Positions 12,939 through 25,439 of a DNA stretch of 64,000 nt are shown piece after piece. The stretch comes from Lama glama. Lineage: Eukaryota. Each line of letters begins with the position of its first letter. The first letter of the stretch is position 1. The translations under genes were made by a program, and so were the position numbers. Location: NCBI GenBank assembly GCA_028534125.1, contig CM052817.1, positions 13,890,001 to 13,954,000 on the forward strand, written 5' to 3'. The notes beneath the pieces are model-generated. The model was not told the DNA's origin. It did no database searches and saw only the letters and a list, made by a program, of their open reading frames with translations.

Positions 12939-14789
12939 ATAATTGTCTGTAAGCTAGATCCAGTAGAGGATTTTATAGAAGAAAGAGAGGATCAGGAAAG
13001 TTAAATAACTTGTCTGAGATCACACAGCTCGAGTAGAGATTGCAGTCAGAGTGTTTTCACTTCAAAGGCATGTGGCATATTCCACTTCAACCCACAGTCA
13101 GGCTTCGTTCTCTCGTCTGTGCTCTTTTTCACCATGCCCCTCTTCTCCTTCGTTCTTGTACATATGGTTAAATCTAAGTCCATCTCTCCCAAGGAATCTT
13201 CCAGGTCTTGGTGCAAAAGAATCAAGAATTGGGTTCTTCAAAGAGTTCAACAACTTATCATATTAACTGATAAATTTCATGGCTTACATTCTTGTAATGT
13301 GTATGGAGTGTGTGTGTGTGAAGTTTCTAAGTGTGTGCACTCATGGGTCTAAGGTATGTTTACACAGACACATTTTTGTGCACAAATGTATGTATACGTG
13401 AACATACGCACTTACATACCTCATTGATTTTAACAGTCATTGAACACACATTTTTGCAGGTAGGACATCAGATTAGTAACTGTTAGACACCAAACTTTCC
13501 AAAAGCTAATAAGAGATTGGTGACTAAAGGTTGTAGAAAACAGAAAAGTACAATGGCACCACCGTTAAAAAAAAACCTGATGAAAATAGCTTTGATTCTG
13601 AAACTCAGAATCTAAGCAGAAAATTCCTCTCGGCTTGTTTGAATTTTACTCCATTTATGAAGGAACACTACATACACAGCTTTAAGGAATTCATCTGCTG
13701 TTGGAAGAGTGGTCTGAGAGTACTTTCTCAAGCATCTTCACCATAACAAATGAGCTAAAATTTGTAAACACTTCGTTGGATCCTCTCCCCAAGCAAGTAG
13801 TAACTAGTAATAGTTATTTTGACTTATAGTGCACCACTGTGGCCACAAAATTGAGAAATAAAATTTTCAGTCTTTGGCCTGCACCTCATCACACAACTGG
13901 AGAACACAGCTCCCGTGTGGTTCCACTTTAACTCTTCCGTACTTGTACCTCCACAGTCTTGCGTCGCTGTATCTGTTGTGCATACTTGGAGGTAATGTTA
14001 AGCATACTCCCTCTAGTTCCTTTGCTGTTTTTCTCCTCCTTTCACTTGCTCCCCACTTCCACCCTCTCTTGGAACATGTCTGGAAAGAATGATCTTGCAG
14101 TAAGGGACCCAAGAAGGTGCTTACTCTATCCGAGGCAGGGAGAGTCTTCTTTTAAAATTACGACTAGGATTTCAAATGGGCACTAAGCACTGCCCAGCCA
14201 TCATCTCACACTTGCTCAGCAAATTCACCTCCCCAGGCTCTGAAGAGACTACACTGTACTCTCCCTCTTTAAAATATCCATTACTCCCCACGCCACAAAT
14301 GCTTTCCACCTCATTCTGCTTCATAGTAACAGAAGAGGAAAGCAATCAGACACAATGTCTCTCAACTTCCCATTATGAATGTACCAACATTTACGTCCAC
14401 ATCCTCTGCCTTCCTAGCACATAACACAGGGCGGAGAGGCTCTGCTGCAACCAGGGCCAACTCCTCTACAACAGCAGGGACCTCAGTGTTTTGGTCCCTC
14501 TTGTACCCCCAGCCCCCAGAACAGCATCCAATAGGAGGTTGGTAAATACAGGTTAAATGAATGTATGCATGAATGACTAAATCCCTATGAAGATGAAAGG
14601 GCTTCTTTGTCTTAGATGAAGAGGAGGACAGGGCAAAGAATGATTTCTAGAGCAGTACTCCAAATCTGTAGCATACAGGTAGACAATCACCTATAAAACA
14701 AATCATAAATAAATAACAGATGACATTGACTCTTGCCTCATTCCCTCAGTCTTTTCCCTACTTAGCTTTTACACAGTATGTATGATTAA

Positions 14790-14990
14790 CGGCCACATTT
14801 GTAGAGCACCACAATAGAGCGAGGCACTGTCCATTCATGTCTTTAGTCTTCACAGCAATGACCAATTTACATATGATGAAACCGAGGCTAAAAGAGATCC
14901 AGTAAGTCACCCAAGGTCAACTAGTCAGTGAAGGATGTGGGATTCAATCCGTATCTGTCTGATGTGAAAGTCCATGCTCTCTCCACTCAG
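14790..14990 (-). mobile_element. MIR SINE
   Basis: atttacatatgatgaaaccgaggc...cccaaggtca...ggattcaatcc. Confidence 0.7.
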
Positions 14991-17129
14991 CCATGCCGCT
15001 AGTCAGCTCCTGGGACCTTCCTGCAGGTTCAAGCTCATCTAGCTCCTGAGTCAACTCTGTAGGGAACTGAACTGCACTCCCCCTCCAGCCAGCAACGCCT
15101 GGGAACACTGTACTGCCAAATGATCTCTTCTCCCTGCACCAGCTGTGACACCCTGTAGCCATGGAGATTTGCAGAGAGACACGGGGACCCTGGTGGGGAC
15201 TTCCTATCCAGCTTCCTGTCCTGGAGGATGGACCTTGCTTCCTGTGTCCCCAGCCATAAGTTTTATGATGCCAGAAAAGGCAAGATTTTCTAAGCTCATG
15301 GTAGGGGTAGATCTTGGTTAGGTCAGGCCTGAATCTTATTTAATGTGGAGGAGAAGAATCTAGGAGAAAAGAGGGAAAAAGTCACATATACAAAATCTGG
15401 TGTGGAAGTTAATATTTGCTGAGAATGAGAAGGGGAAGGGGCCTCCACACTTGAGGAACTCTGCAGCCTGACCTTCATTTACTCAAGGTTAATTCTGTCT
15501 CTGGCCATGACCTTGCCCTACCTGTGAGGCAGGTACATGAGGGCTGAGAACCTGTGTTCTCCAGTTTGACAGCATAGCTTTTAATCCCTGCTGGACCACT
15601 TCCAGGTGCGTGATTTTAGCCAGGTGATTGAAACTTCCAGAGCATATATTTTCTCATTTCTTTAATCTTCAATTATATAACTGGTTCATAAAAACTGCTG
15701 TCAACATGAATAATGCATTGACAGTGCTGGCCATGGTCCCTGGCATAGGCTCCACAAATTTCTCATTCAGGTGTTATTGGTATTATTAGCATCTGATGTT
15801 ATCTGCCTGCTCACCAGCTCTGGGACCTCCCTACTCGAGGCCCCACTCCTATATATTCATTTGATGCCTGCCTGAATGCCTAAGCACCTGGCATTTGGGA
15901 TATGACCCTGGGTCTTCTCCACTGTGGATCATATTTTGGCATACATACCTCATCAGTTTTTTTTCAGAAGCCTTGCTTCCGCCTATGTACCAGAAACCTC
16001 CTCCCTCCCTGAATTACCTGAGTATAAGCCAAAACACTAGAAAATAGCAATATAATGAAAAAAAGTTCATCATATATTCCTAAGAAAATAAATAAAGAGC
16101 CAGAATCCCTGTAACTATGGCTAGTAACATCATTCTTACAGGGCTTTGTAAAAAAAAATAGATAAAATAAATATGCAAAATTATTAGCTTCTCACCTAGA
16201 ATATATCACTCTATCATAGATGGTGTACTTATTATGGCTTCTAATGTTATCAGTTCTGTCATTTATAAAAAGTCAATTCACCTTCCTGGGCCTCAGTTTA
16301 CTCAGACAATGAGGGGAGGTGGAGTACACTCTCTATGATTCTTGCTAGTTCCAAAAACTGTTATTAGTACAAATAATCTGGGGTATTATTCATATCTCAA
16401 TCTGGAATATGCCCAATTTGAATATTTATCTTTGAAGCCAATATGTGGAGGAAGGACCAGTTACTCAAAGGATAACAGCATGGCTGGAATTCCACCTCAT
16501 GGTGGAATGTGACTGTTCACCTCCACTGGTGTTATACCGTCACTACAGCAGGTGCTCAAGGAATATCATTTGATTTTTTCAAATGCCTGCTTTAGTAAAG
16601 CCGTATTAAGACAATTTACATCATCCCTGGAGGTGCAGTTAAGAGTGGGGTTTATATCCTAGGATCTTGAAGCAGCTAAGGAGAAATGAAGACTAGAGCT
16701 TCACCAACCTCACGTGGCCGGCAGAAGGGCAGATACAGCTTAAAAAAGAGAAATCAGTAGTTCAGCCTGAGCCTAGGCTAAGGGTCGGTCATAAGAGGTA
16801 CAGGAAGTTTTCCCAGATAAGAGAGGTCTGACAAAAGGTCCTGGCAGTTGTGCGGGGCGGGGCAAAGAGGTATCTGCCCACCCCGTGCCGAGACCGGGGC
16901 AGGCAGATGTGGTGTGGAAACTGGTATCAGGGCTGGAATCGGGCACTTGTAGAGACGTCTTAACCTAATCTTTCAGTGGCTTCCCGGTGAAAATAGAAGA
17001 AAACCCAGAGTCCCTGCCATGGCTGGGTATGGTGTGCCCTTGGCCACCCCTCCACTATTACTACCCCCACTTCCAGCACACTCTGCTCCAGTTCCACTAC
17101 CCCTACCACATTCCTTGGACACAAGAAAC

Positions 17130-17462
17130 ACAATTCTAGCCAAAGGCTGTTGTACTTGGTCAAGTCTGCGTGGAATCCTCTTGTTCCAGACTCGACTGTC
17201 TCACACACTCTCATTTCTTTTCATTACTGGCAGGGAAGTCAGTTCTTCAGAAAGGCCTTTCCTGACCACTCTAACACCTGCTATATTTTTTGCTCTATTA
17301 AGTATCAGATTATATATTCCTTTGTTCCTTTTGTCTTGCTTCCCCAATAGTACACACATTTCATAAGGCCTTGGATTGTGCTCATTACTGTGCTTAGAAT
17401 TGTGTGTGGAGTGTGTGGTAGAGACACACACATTTAATGAATGAACAAGTGAATGAATGAAT
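17130..17462 (+). mobile_element. L2 3' fragment
   Basis: ttcttcagaaaggcctttcctgaccac...ends ttaatgaatgaacaagtgaatgaatgaa. Confidence 0.65.
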
Positions 17463-17959
17463 TCTACTATAACTATTCTGTCTCCCATACATTTTTGTAG
17501 CATTTATAGTTCATATCTCAAACTTCAGCAGATCAGCTTGCAAGAACACAGGTTTGGTCTCTTTCCTTAAGGCTGCATCCCCAGTGTCTAGAACACTGGC
17601 TGACCCTTGGGAGCTGCTCAGTAAATAATCTTAACTGTTGTTTACTGTGGAAATAAAAAGTTCCTGTACTGTAGTTTCAAGAAAGGAAATGAGTGATTGG
17701 TTTTTGATTATAGTAACAAGTAGCACCAGAACCAGTTTTAAACCCAACCCAGTCGATCAATGACAACTTCCCATTAATAGTAACCACTCTTGGGAAAGCC
17801 TAAAACTCTATACAACATTAGCAGTGCTTTGCTCTGAGCAGCTACATCCTATAAGTGCAGCTCTCAGTTGCTTAGCAAGTAATGAATTCAGGTTTGGTTT
17901 CAGATATTGAGTGGTGGCCTCCTTTTTTTGGAAAGAAAGACGATGGTGCCTAGCCATAA

Positions 17960-18220
17960 TGGCAAAACACACAAATGATTTATAATATCTGAGAGCTGTC
18001 TCTAAGCACAAACAAATACTAACTCATTTCAATCCATACAACAAACAGTAGAGGGAGGTGCTATGATTATTCCCATTTAAGATATAAAGAATCTGATGTA
18101 CCCAGGGTTGAGGTGCTTATGCAACGTCATAAAACTAATAAATATTAGAGATGGGGTTTAATTATTATTAAATCCAATTATTTTGGCTTCAGAGTGTGTT
18201 CTTAGCATCTATATGCTATG
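17960..18220 (-). mobile_element. MIR SINE
   Basis: aactcatttcaatcc...gattattcccatttaagatataaagaatctga. Confidence 0.6.
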
Positions 18221-20199
18221 GCCTCTCTGTAAGAACTGAACCATATAATTGGTACATTTTTAGCAGTAAGATTCATTTTGATAATGTTAAACACTTTTCA
18301 AATAACTGCCTCCAGCAGCCTGGGCGGTGGGGGTAAATCTCAAGCAGAGAGTCCAAGACAGGACTCTGTGAGATGGTGCAAGCAGTGAGAGAGGTGCTTC
18401 CTGCTTTTAACAATCAGTGATGAACAATTAGGATGAGCACCCTTGAGATCTGTATATGTATGCCTATTGGTTATTAAGCCTGGGCCTTCCAGAAAGTCAT
18501 CCACTGGGCCCACTAAATGACTGTCAGGGTGTAACGACTCTCTATCACTAACTTATTCAGACAAGTCATCAAGGTGGAAAACACCCCCATTTATGGCCAA
18601 GTCCCTCAACCTAAGGACTCTCTGTGGTAGCAACTCTCTCTAATGGTAACGCTAAGCCACAGAACAACTTCCCATCACCCGTATCTTAGGACCACAGTGC
18701 CTGGTCCACCAGCAGAACAATCAAAGAGCTGTAATTTGGATAACAACTAATTGGTAGAGATTAGATTATGTTTGACGTTTACTGTCTGACTATAATCCAT
18801 TAGAGTTTTTTCTCTGCAGAGAAGAGCCTGTCAAAATCAAGCCACTCAGGAAATTATGTACTCTTTCCGGGACTCTATTTCTTGATTTACGAAATGATTG
18901 ACTTGGAATTGGTGATTTCTGAAGGATTTTCCCTTTTATGAAGACTTGATAAATCAGAGCTTTGATTATGTGATTTATAAATGTATCTTTCCTTCTTTTT
19001 TCCTCTTCCTCATTCTCTTTTTGTTCATTATCATAGCTGTGTTTTTACAAAAAAAAAAGCCTCTACATAAAAGTAGAAGCAAAAAAAAAGTCAAATTTTT
19101 AAAAAGCAACTATTTTCTTTAATTTGTAGGCACAGTCTGTAGAAAAGTTTATGTTAAATATGGCTTTTATTTATCTGTGGTAACTTTCTCTTATTTCTGA
19201 ATACTTACCTTCTGTAGCCATAGTGAATGTCATCCGGATCAGTGCCACTATGAGGGCATTGGAACTAATCCAGGATCCTTCACTTAGTCCCCTGTGACCT
19301 TGAGCAACTCATTAGTCTCTCTGGATAACACCTACATTCTCTCTTGGCTGATAAGATAATTCCAGGTCCTGGCATATGTAACACTTTTTTCACCCCGTTT
19401 GTTTTATAGTGAGTGCTCAGCTAAGGTAAGCTTTCTTAACTCCCTTGGACTCTGTCCCCCATAACTAGAATTATCTGTGTTCCTCCATGGTTTAATACCT
19501 GCAGGTAATGGCTGGAGTATGTGTTTTCTGTTGATGACCTGATGACCATCCTTAACAAGGCTAAAAACCCAACTGAGGCTTGTGTTTTACTATAAATTAA
19601 TGCTGGATGCACTTGATCCAAAATCCTACTCCAGTATAGATCATCTTATCACCCTTGTCCATGCTCCAATCAGACCCTCCCATAAATCTCAGACCCTCTT
19701 GCAAATAACCCCTCTTCTGGATTCAGGGTCTCATCTTTACACCATAATATTATATGTACAGTTTTCTCCTTCACCAGCTCTTCTCTGTCCCATCTTTTCC
19801 CAGCAGTTCCACCTGTCACCCATAGACAAACCAGACAGAAATTGGGCTCAGTTTGAGAATGAACACATATATCTACTTTCTTCTCAAATTTTACCCCAGG
19901 GCCCAACTGAAGACTGTCTTTCATTTGACTGAAATTTAATGCAGATTCATTTATGCTGCAAGATTTTGTCTAATTTATAAGATAGGGGCTTTATAATGTT
20001 CTCTATGATGTGTTAGTACAGTCAGTATGTCTGTCAGTTGAACATTTTTGCTTATTAAAAAATGTTAGTGACTAAGAGTGTTTCACACATAAAATATATT
20101 CAAGAAAGGCTTGTAGAGAGACTTAAGGATACTTAACACTTCCTCCCCTTCACCAAATTATTTGCCACTACCAACACGCTATAATGTCTGGAAAATTAA

Positions 20200-20375
20200 A
20201 ATTATAGAGTAGGATCTAGAAACTGATAGCCTGAGTTGGAATTCCATCTTTATGATTTACTTACAGGTTGAGCAACCTTGATCCAAGTTACTTTGCCTCC
20301 ATAGCCCTAAGTTTTCTCATCTCTAAACTGAGAACGGTAGTATCTACCTCAGAGGGCCAGGGTGAAGATTAGAGA
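20200..20375 (+). mobile_element. MIR SINE
   Basis: cctgagttggaattcc...accttgatccaagttact...agttttctcatctctaaactg...tatctacctcagagg. Confidence 0.7.
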
Positions 20376-23300
20376 TTAGCACATTACTGCTAATATTAAT
20401 TCTACACTATACTATGCTATGTTTAACACTTTAATACATAGTTTAATACTACACTGTGTCCAACACTTGCCTTGTCTATTGGTAACCCTTAATAAAAGCA
20501 AGGTGTTAATATTATTTATTATTATGTCATTTTATGGATAAAAAAGTGAGGATTTCAGAAGTCAGGTAACAGCCCAAAATCATATGACTATTAAGAGGTG
20601 AAGCAGTAATTAAAATCCAAGCAAAATAATTCTGGATCCTCTGAGTGTAATCTCTGAACATACTAAATCCTCTTCTTCCAATACTCCCTTTGCAGACATT
20701 AATATTCTTGAAATATAACTAAAAAAGACTATAAACAAAATCAAATGGTATAAGTATTCCTTTAAGTCCACTACTAAATAGTGTAAAAAATATGTTTAAG
20801 TTTTTTAATATCTCTATAAGTTATTTTATCTCCCTTAAGAATTTCAGTTTAGAAAGACTTCTCTGTTAGTCCAGATACACATCAGCTTTGGCACTCCACT
20901 GCATCTGGAGAAGCTGAATGCTAGGAGAATTTAAAAAGAGTCTGTTCTGTAAATGTCAACTAAGCTATCTGAGATAGAAATATCTGCCCCTTCCCAGCCA
21001 TCTCCAGCCTCTCAGTTCTCATTAAACATCATGGAATGGTCACACACTCAGTACTGTTTTCCAGCTGGCCCAATTTACTGAAAGACTCAACACATCTTGT
21101 GCATCTGACAATAGCACAAGACAATTGAGAACTTGAGTTCTGAAAATCCATCTCTGTGTGTACAGCTAGTGCCTTGTTTAGACCTCTTGAGGAAGCTTGT
21201 ATTACAGTATTACAGATATCTGCTAAATAAAGTAAGTTCAATAAATAGAAAAGAAATTCTAATGTGTATTCTTCAAAGGACTTAAGATTATTAGTTGGTT
21301 TCTTTTTGTCTTTTTACTGAAGACCATTACCAATATAAGTTTTTTCTCCCAAGTCATGCGTGTTATTGCATTTTTGTAAAATTTTGCCTCTTATCAAGGT
21401 TAGTAGCTGGGGGAAGGATGGTCCTTTCTTAATTCAGTAACTACTTCAGCATGATTTAATACATATTTGGATGAAAAGTAGATCTTTTCACAGTCCAGTG
21501 TTGCATATGAAGATAATGAAATAGCTTTGCCATTAAAATTTGATTCAATTTATCCCTGGAATGTGTTAACAGAAAACCACTTTTATTTTTATAGCTGGAA
21601 AAGAAGTAATTTACTCTTGTGAGGTTTTAGGAGTATTCCAGACCGGCATAACTCTGGAACTTCCTAAAAGACTCACTGAGTAGAGAGAGCCTGTGAATTC
21701 AAAACACTGGCATTGTGCATTATCCTCAAAACTTTGCTCAAGTCAAAACTATTATTTGCATGCACACTGACCTGATATTAAGAGTTCTTTTCTTAAAAAG
21801 AAAATATTGAAGTTTGAATTACAAAAAGAAGAAAAAGAAAAGAACTGAACTTTAAAAATTTAATAAATTATAACATGAGGTGCTTATTTGTTGTTGAAAC
21901 CCCATTTAAGTTTTGAGAAACTCTATCACAAGGCTGCCTAAAATAGCAGCCCCAAATGTCAAATTCTAGCACTACAAGAAAGGACATTTCTTTATTCTCC
22001 TGAAATACAATGGAAATCTCCCTGAGGTATGATGAACTATCCCAGTACGGAAGAGGAGGAAAGATGAGCCTAGCAGTAACACTGCATAACAATCCCAAAG
22101 TAGGCCGTTGATACCTATTTCATAAGAAAGGATACATTTTATATAAATGATCAAACTTTAATTACCTGATAGACTCACAGAACCCTCAAAATGGAAAGTT
22201 CCAGGGAGATTACCGAGCTCAGTTTTCTTACTTTAGACAACTGAAGAGGCGAAGTGACTTATCCAAGGTTAGAAAGCAAGAGAAGGGCAGAGAAGGAGTA
22301 AGAATTTGTACTCCTACTATTGTTTTATTTTCTCATGTTGAAGAATGTTACTACTAAATGCAAATTTTTTTGTTTATAAAAACATGCTGTGGATCTAGGT
22401 GTAGCATTATGTGTTTATGCATATCATATATAGACTGGAAGAGACGGACTCAGGACATCCAGGACACCCTCCACAGTCTTTTACAAAGAATTGGAGCTCG
22501 GAGTACTCAAAGATAAACAAATACAAGTATTTCAAATTTTACTGTTACCGATTTATTTTGAGTTCATTTTCTATACATATTTAAAGCAACATAATAACTA
22601 TATTATGCAGACATAGTATTATATATGCCCTTGAGAACATAATGCATTGTAAAAATACAAGAAACCCTTACATTTGGAATGATGACTAAGTGTAAGACAG
22701 TTAGAAGTCTAGATGAAAAGGTTTAATTATTTAGGGGGAAAAAACTCAAACTTATCCTCATAAGGCTTTAACCTAGGTTCAAATTTTCCTACTTAATAGT
22801 CAGATTTTCTTTACTAGGTCACTTGAGCAGACAGAAATAGGAAAGGTGAAAGAAATAACTACCCCCAACTTAGATATGTAAAATGATGGAGGGGGACAAG
22901 AACTCTTATTTGAAAATAAATCTGGATGAAATGAACATCAGTTTGTTTTTAAGGAAGCTTCAGAAAATATATGAAGATGCTATTTTGATATTAGATGCTG
23001 TTATCCTTTTCATCATTAAAATTAGGCTGTAACTTTAAAGTATACACATTCTCATCTATAGATTCAAACCATATACAATGAAATATAGCATATCAGTCTA
23101 TTTGTTTTGTATCTCCAGTAAGCAAAGTACGTGGCCAACTTAAATCGTGTTTTGAAGGGTTTCTGACTCTAGCATTGACTTTGGGGATAAGTCTTACACA
23201 AACTCCAAAATGGAAAGCACTATCGCTCCCCTTCTTTATCAGCTTTTACGTACTGAGTGTAATTCCTCCTTAATGTGGTCGTTAACATTTTACCACTTCA

Positions 23301-25081
23301 CAATACTTCTAAAACCTGGAAATAAGACATGCGTTTATCTTGAAGTTTATGAGAAAGCACAGTCTCTCCACAGTATTAGTACAATGCTGGCCTGGAAAAT
23401 GCTGATATTGTAAAACACAAATTATGAGATAGACATTGCTCATACAAACCAGTACAACTTGAAATGGAAGTGATAAATGATTCGAAAAAATAGCTTCATG
23501 AAGGTTAGCAGACCTTAGAGGAAGGAAACACATGCTCTCATTTGGGGGAGTAAATGCTGGTGTTTCTGAAACAAAGCCAGTACTAGCGGTGGTTTCATCA
23601 CAAAATGCAGAGTAAAGCTCTCAACAAAAGAATTTTAAAAATGACCGCACATCATCCATGAAATCAGGTGGAAAAAAAGTCCCTCAGCATAGCTAGAAAT
23701 ACCAACACTACTCCAAGGAACTGTCAGTCTCAGAGAGAATAAAAACCAGGGCATTAAAATGGGAGGCGCCAATCACATCTGCCAGAAAAATAACACACAC
23801 TAAAGAGCAGAGATGCTAAACCAAGTTATTGGTGTCACAACAATGCATAATATAACATCAATTTTAATGATCAGTCACTACTTCTAGAATTCAGAATTTT
23901 ATCCTCTTGGTAGAACTACAAATATTGCCATCAGAGATGGCTGCAAAAAGCATTTTGCAAACTTATTTTAGGATTACTTTAACAAACCCTGCTTTCCACC
24001 ATCCCCCCACAACCAGTTACAAATGTAGGTTTCTATAACCTACATCAGAGTGACACACTTATTGTAATTTGACGTTTGCTATTTGTAAAAGCAGTCTTAT
24101 TTATGTCACATGTGGCAGTCATTCTCTGGAGGACTGGATTAGTTGTGATGTAAATACATTTATAATATATTTGCATTTTCACCCAGGTTTAAAATTTGAG
24201 GCAAGAAGAATATCAAAGCATAACTACGTCAAATATCTCCTAGGGATGCTTTCAAAAATTGCTCTGACAACTTTACAGAAATAATAACTGGCTGTATGCA
24301 AAAATACTCTCATATATGTTCTGCACAGTAAGAAAAGAATAATAATGTACGCAGATTCTAAAGAAACACTGAATTCAAGAGGAGATACAGGCAAGTACAC
24401 ACCTTATTTTTTAAAGAAAGATGATTTTTAAGTAGAATAGGGGAATGAGACTGATGAATGTAAACAGCAACACTTGAAAAACAATTGGCTATTTGGAATC
24501 TATGTTAAAGTCTGTCATATGAGTTGGGACTCTGTCCCTTAGAGTCTCCGATGGGATGTAAAATAGGTAATATAGATACTTACTGAGAAAACCTTATAAA
24601 AAGCTTGTCATTTAAGGCTCCAATTCTAGTAAGAAATAATAATCAATGTATAAGCAATTCCATGTGATGAATGCATTTACATAGCAAGAAACAAGTGGAC
24701 CTCACAATATATCCAAATAAAATTTGCTGATACAATAAAAGGGGACATTAGATAAAATAATCTGACATCAATATGGACTAAACTCTCTCAATATAAGCAG
24801 ATAAAGCAATTATAAACCTTCTATCTCCTCAGTTTAGGTGCTAACATTTTGATTCAAAGTGTTTCTCATAGTTTTAACATTCTTTTGCTCTGAAAACATT
24901 ACTGAAACTTACAAAAAGTTTATTTAATTAATCTTTCCTACCCTGAAAAACCTGCCTCTCTTCATGTCCACCCCAGAGTAACATTTCTCTGATCTCATTT
25001 CAGGTGCATCTTATACTCGCTTAAGAAATTTTTATTGCAAAGCAGATAATTTTTAGAAGTCACTAAAAAGCACTCCCTTAC

Positions 25082-25181
25082 CTTCTAAACCTGCTTCAAT
25101 CAGCCCAAACTGTTCCAATAATTTAACAAAAAGCACAATGACGATCAGAACTGCTATCATTTCAAGCCCTTCCAAGTTCAT
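25082..25181 (-). CDS. KCNIP4: Alternative first coding exon of KCNIP4, isoform KChIP4a (KIS / K-channel inactivation suppressor N-terminus); 33 codons + 1 nt
   Basis: Manual translation of the reverse complement gives MNLEGLEMIAVLIVIVLFVKLLEQFGLIEAGLE, matching the KChIP4a N-terminus as I recall it (continuing DSVEDELEM...). The ATG at 25181 is in context GACCATGA. The exon ends GAAG|GTAAGG (GT at 25081-25080), phase 1, consistent with a split Asp codon. Confidence 0.96.
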
Positions 25182-25187
25182 GGTCAG

Positions 25188-25253
25188 CTAGGTCATGGTC
25201 CGACCACAGCTACTGAGAAGTGCTCCTCTGCCTGGCTTTCTTTGTAAAGCCAT
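25188..25253 (-). other. Upstream ORF MALQRKPGRGALLSSCGRTMT* (21 aa), in frame with the KChIP4a CDS
   Basis: ATG at 25253, internal ATG at 25196, TAG at 25190-25188, then CTG ACC and the main ATG at 25181 (offset 72 nt = 24 codons). The ORF is directly visible; its translation is not shown. Confidence 0.6.
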
Positions 25254-25279
25254 TAAACTACATTAAGAAGGCTACTGCC

Positions 25280-25402
25280 AGAGGAGAAGGGGAGGAGGAG
25301 AGCTAGAGAGAGAGAGGGAGAGAGAGAGAGGGAGAGAGAGAGAGGAGAGAGGGAGAGAGAGAGAAAGAGAAAGGAGACGAGATGGAGAGGCTGAGAGAGA
25401 GG
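25280..25402. repeat. GA-rich polypurine tract / imperfect (GA)n microsatellite (CT-rich on the transcribed strand)
   Basis: agaggagaaggggaggaggagagctagagagagagagggagagagagagag... nearly purine-only on the + strand. Confidence 0.9.
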
Positions 25403-25439
25403 GCTTGAATGAGAGAAAACGCATCCATCCTGTCTACTG

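Larger units (their letters stand above)
1..25081 (-). other. KCNIP4: Start of the large KCNIP4 intron downstream of the KChIP4a first exon (continues beyond window)
   Basis: Canonical donor at 25081. No downstream KCNIP4 core exon (SVEDELEM...) was recognised in 1-25081, although the gap at 12439-12938 is unreadable. Confidence 0.85.

Noticed and set aside
16489..16508. 8-bp hairpin attccacc-tcat-ggtggaat
   Set aside because: Short enough to occur by chance in 64 kb
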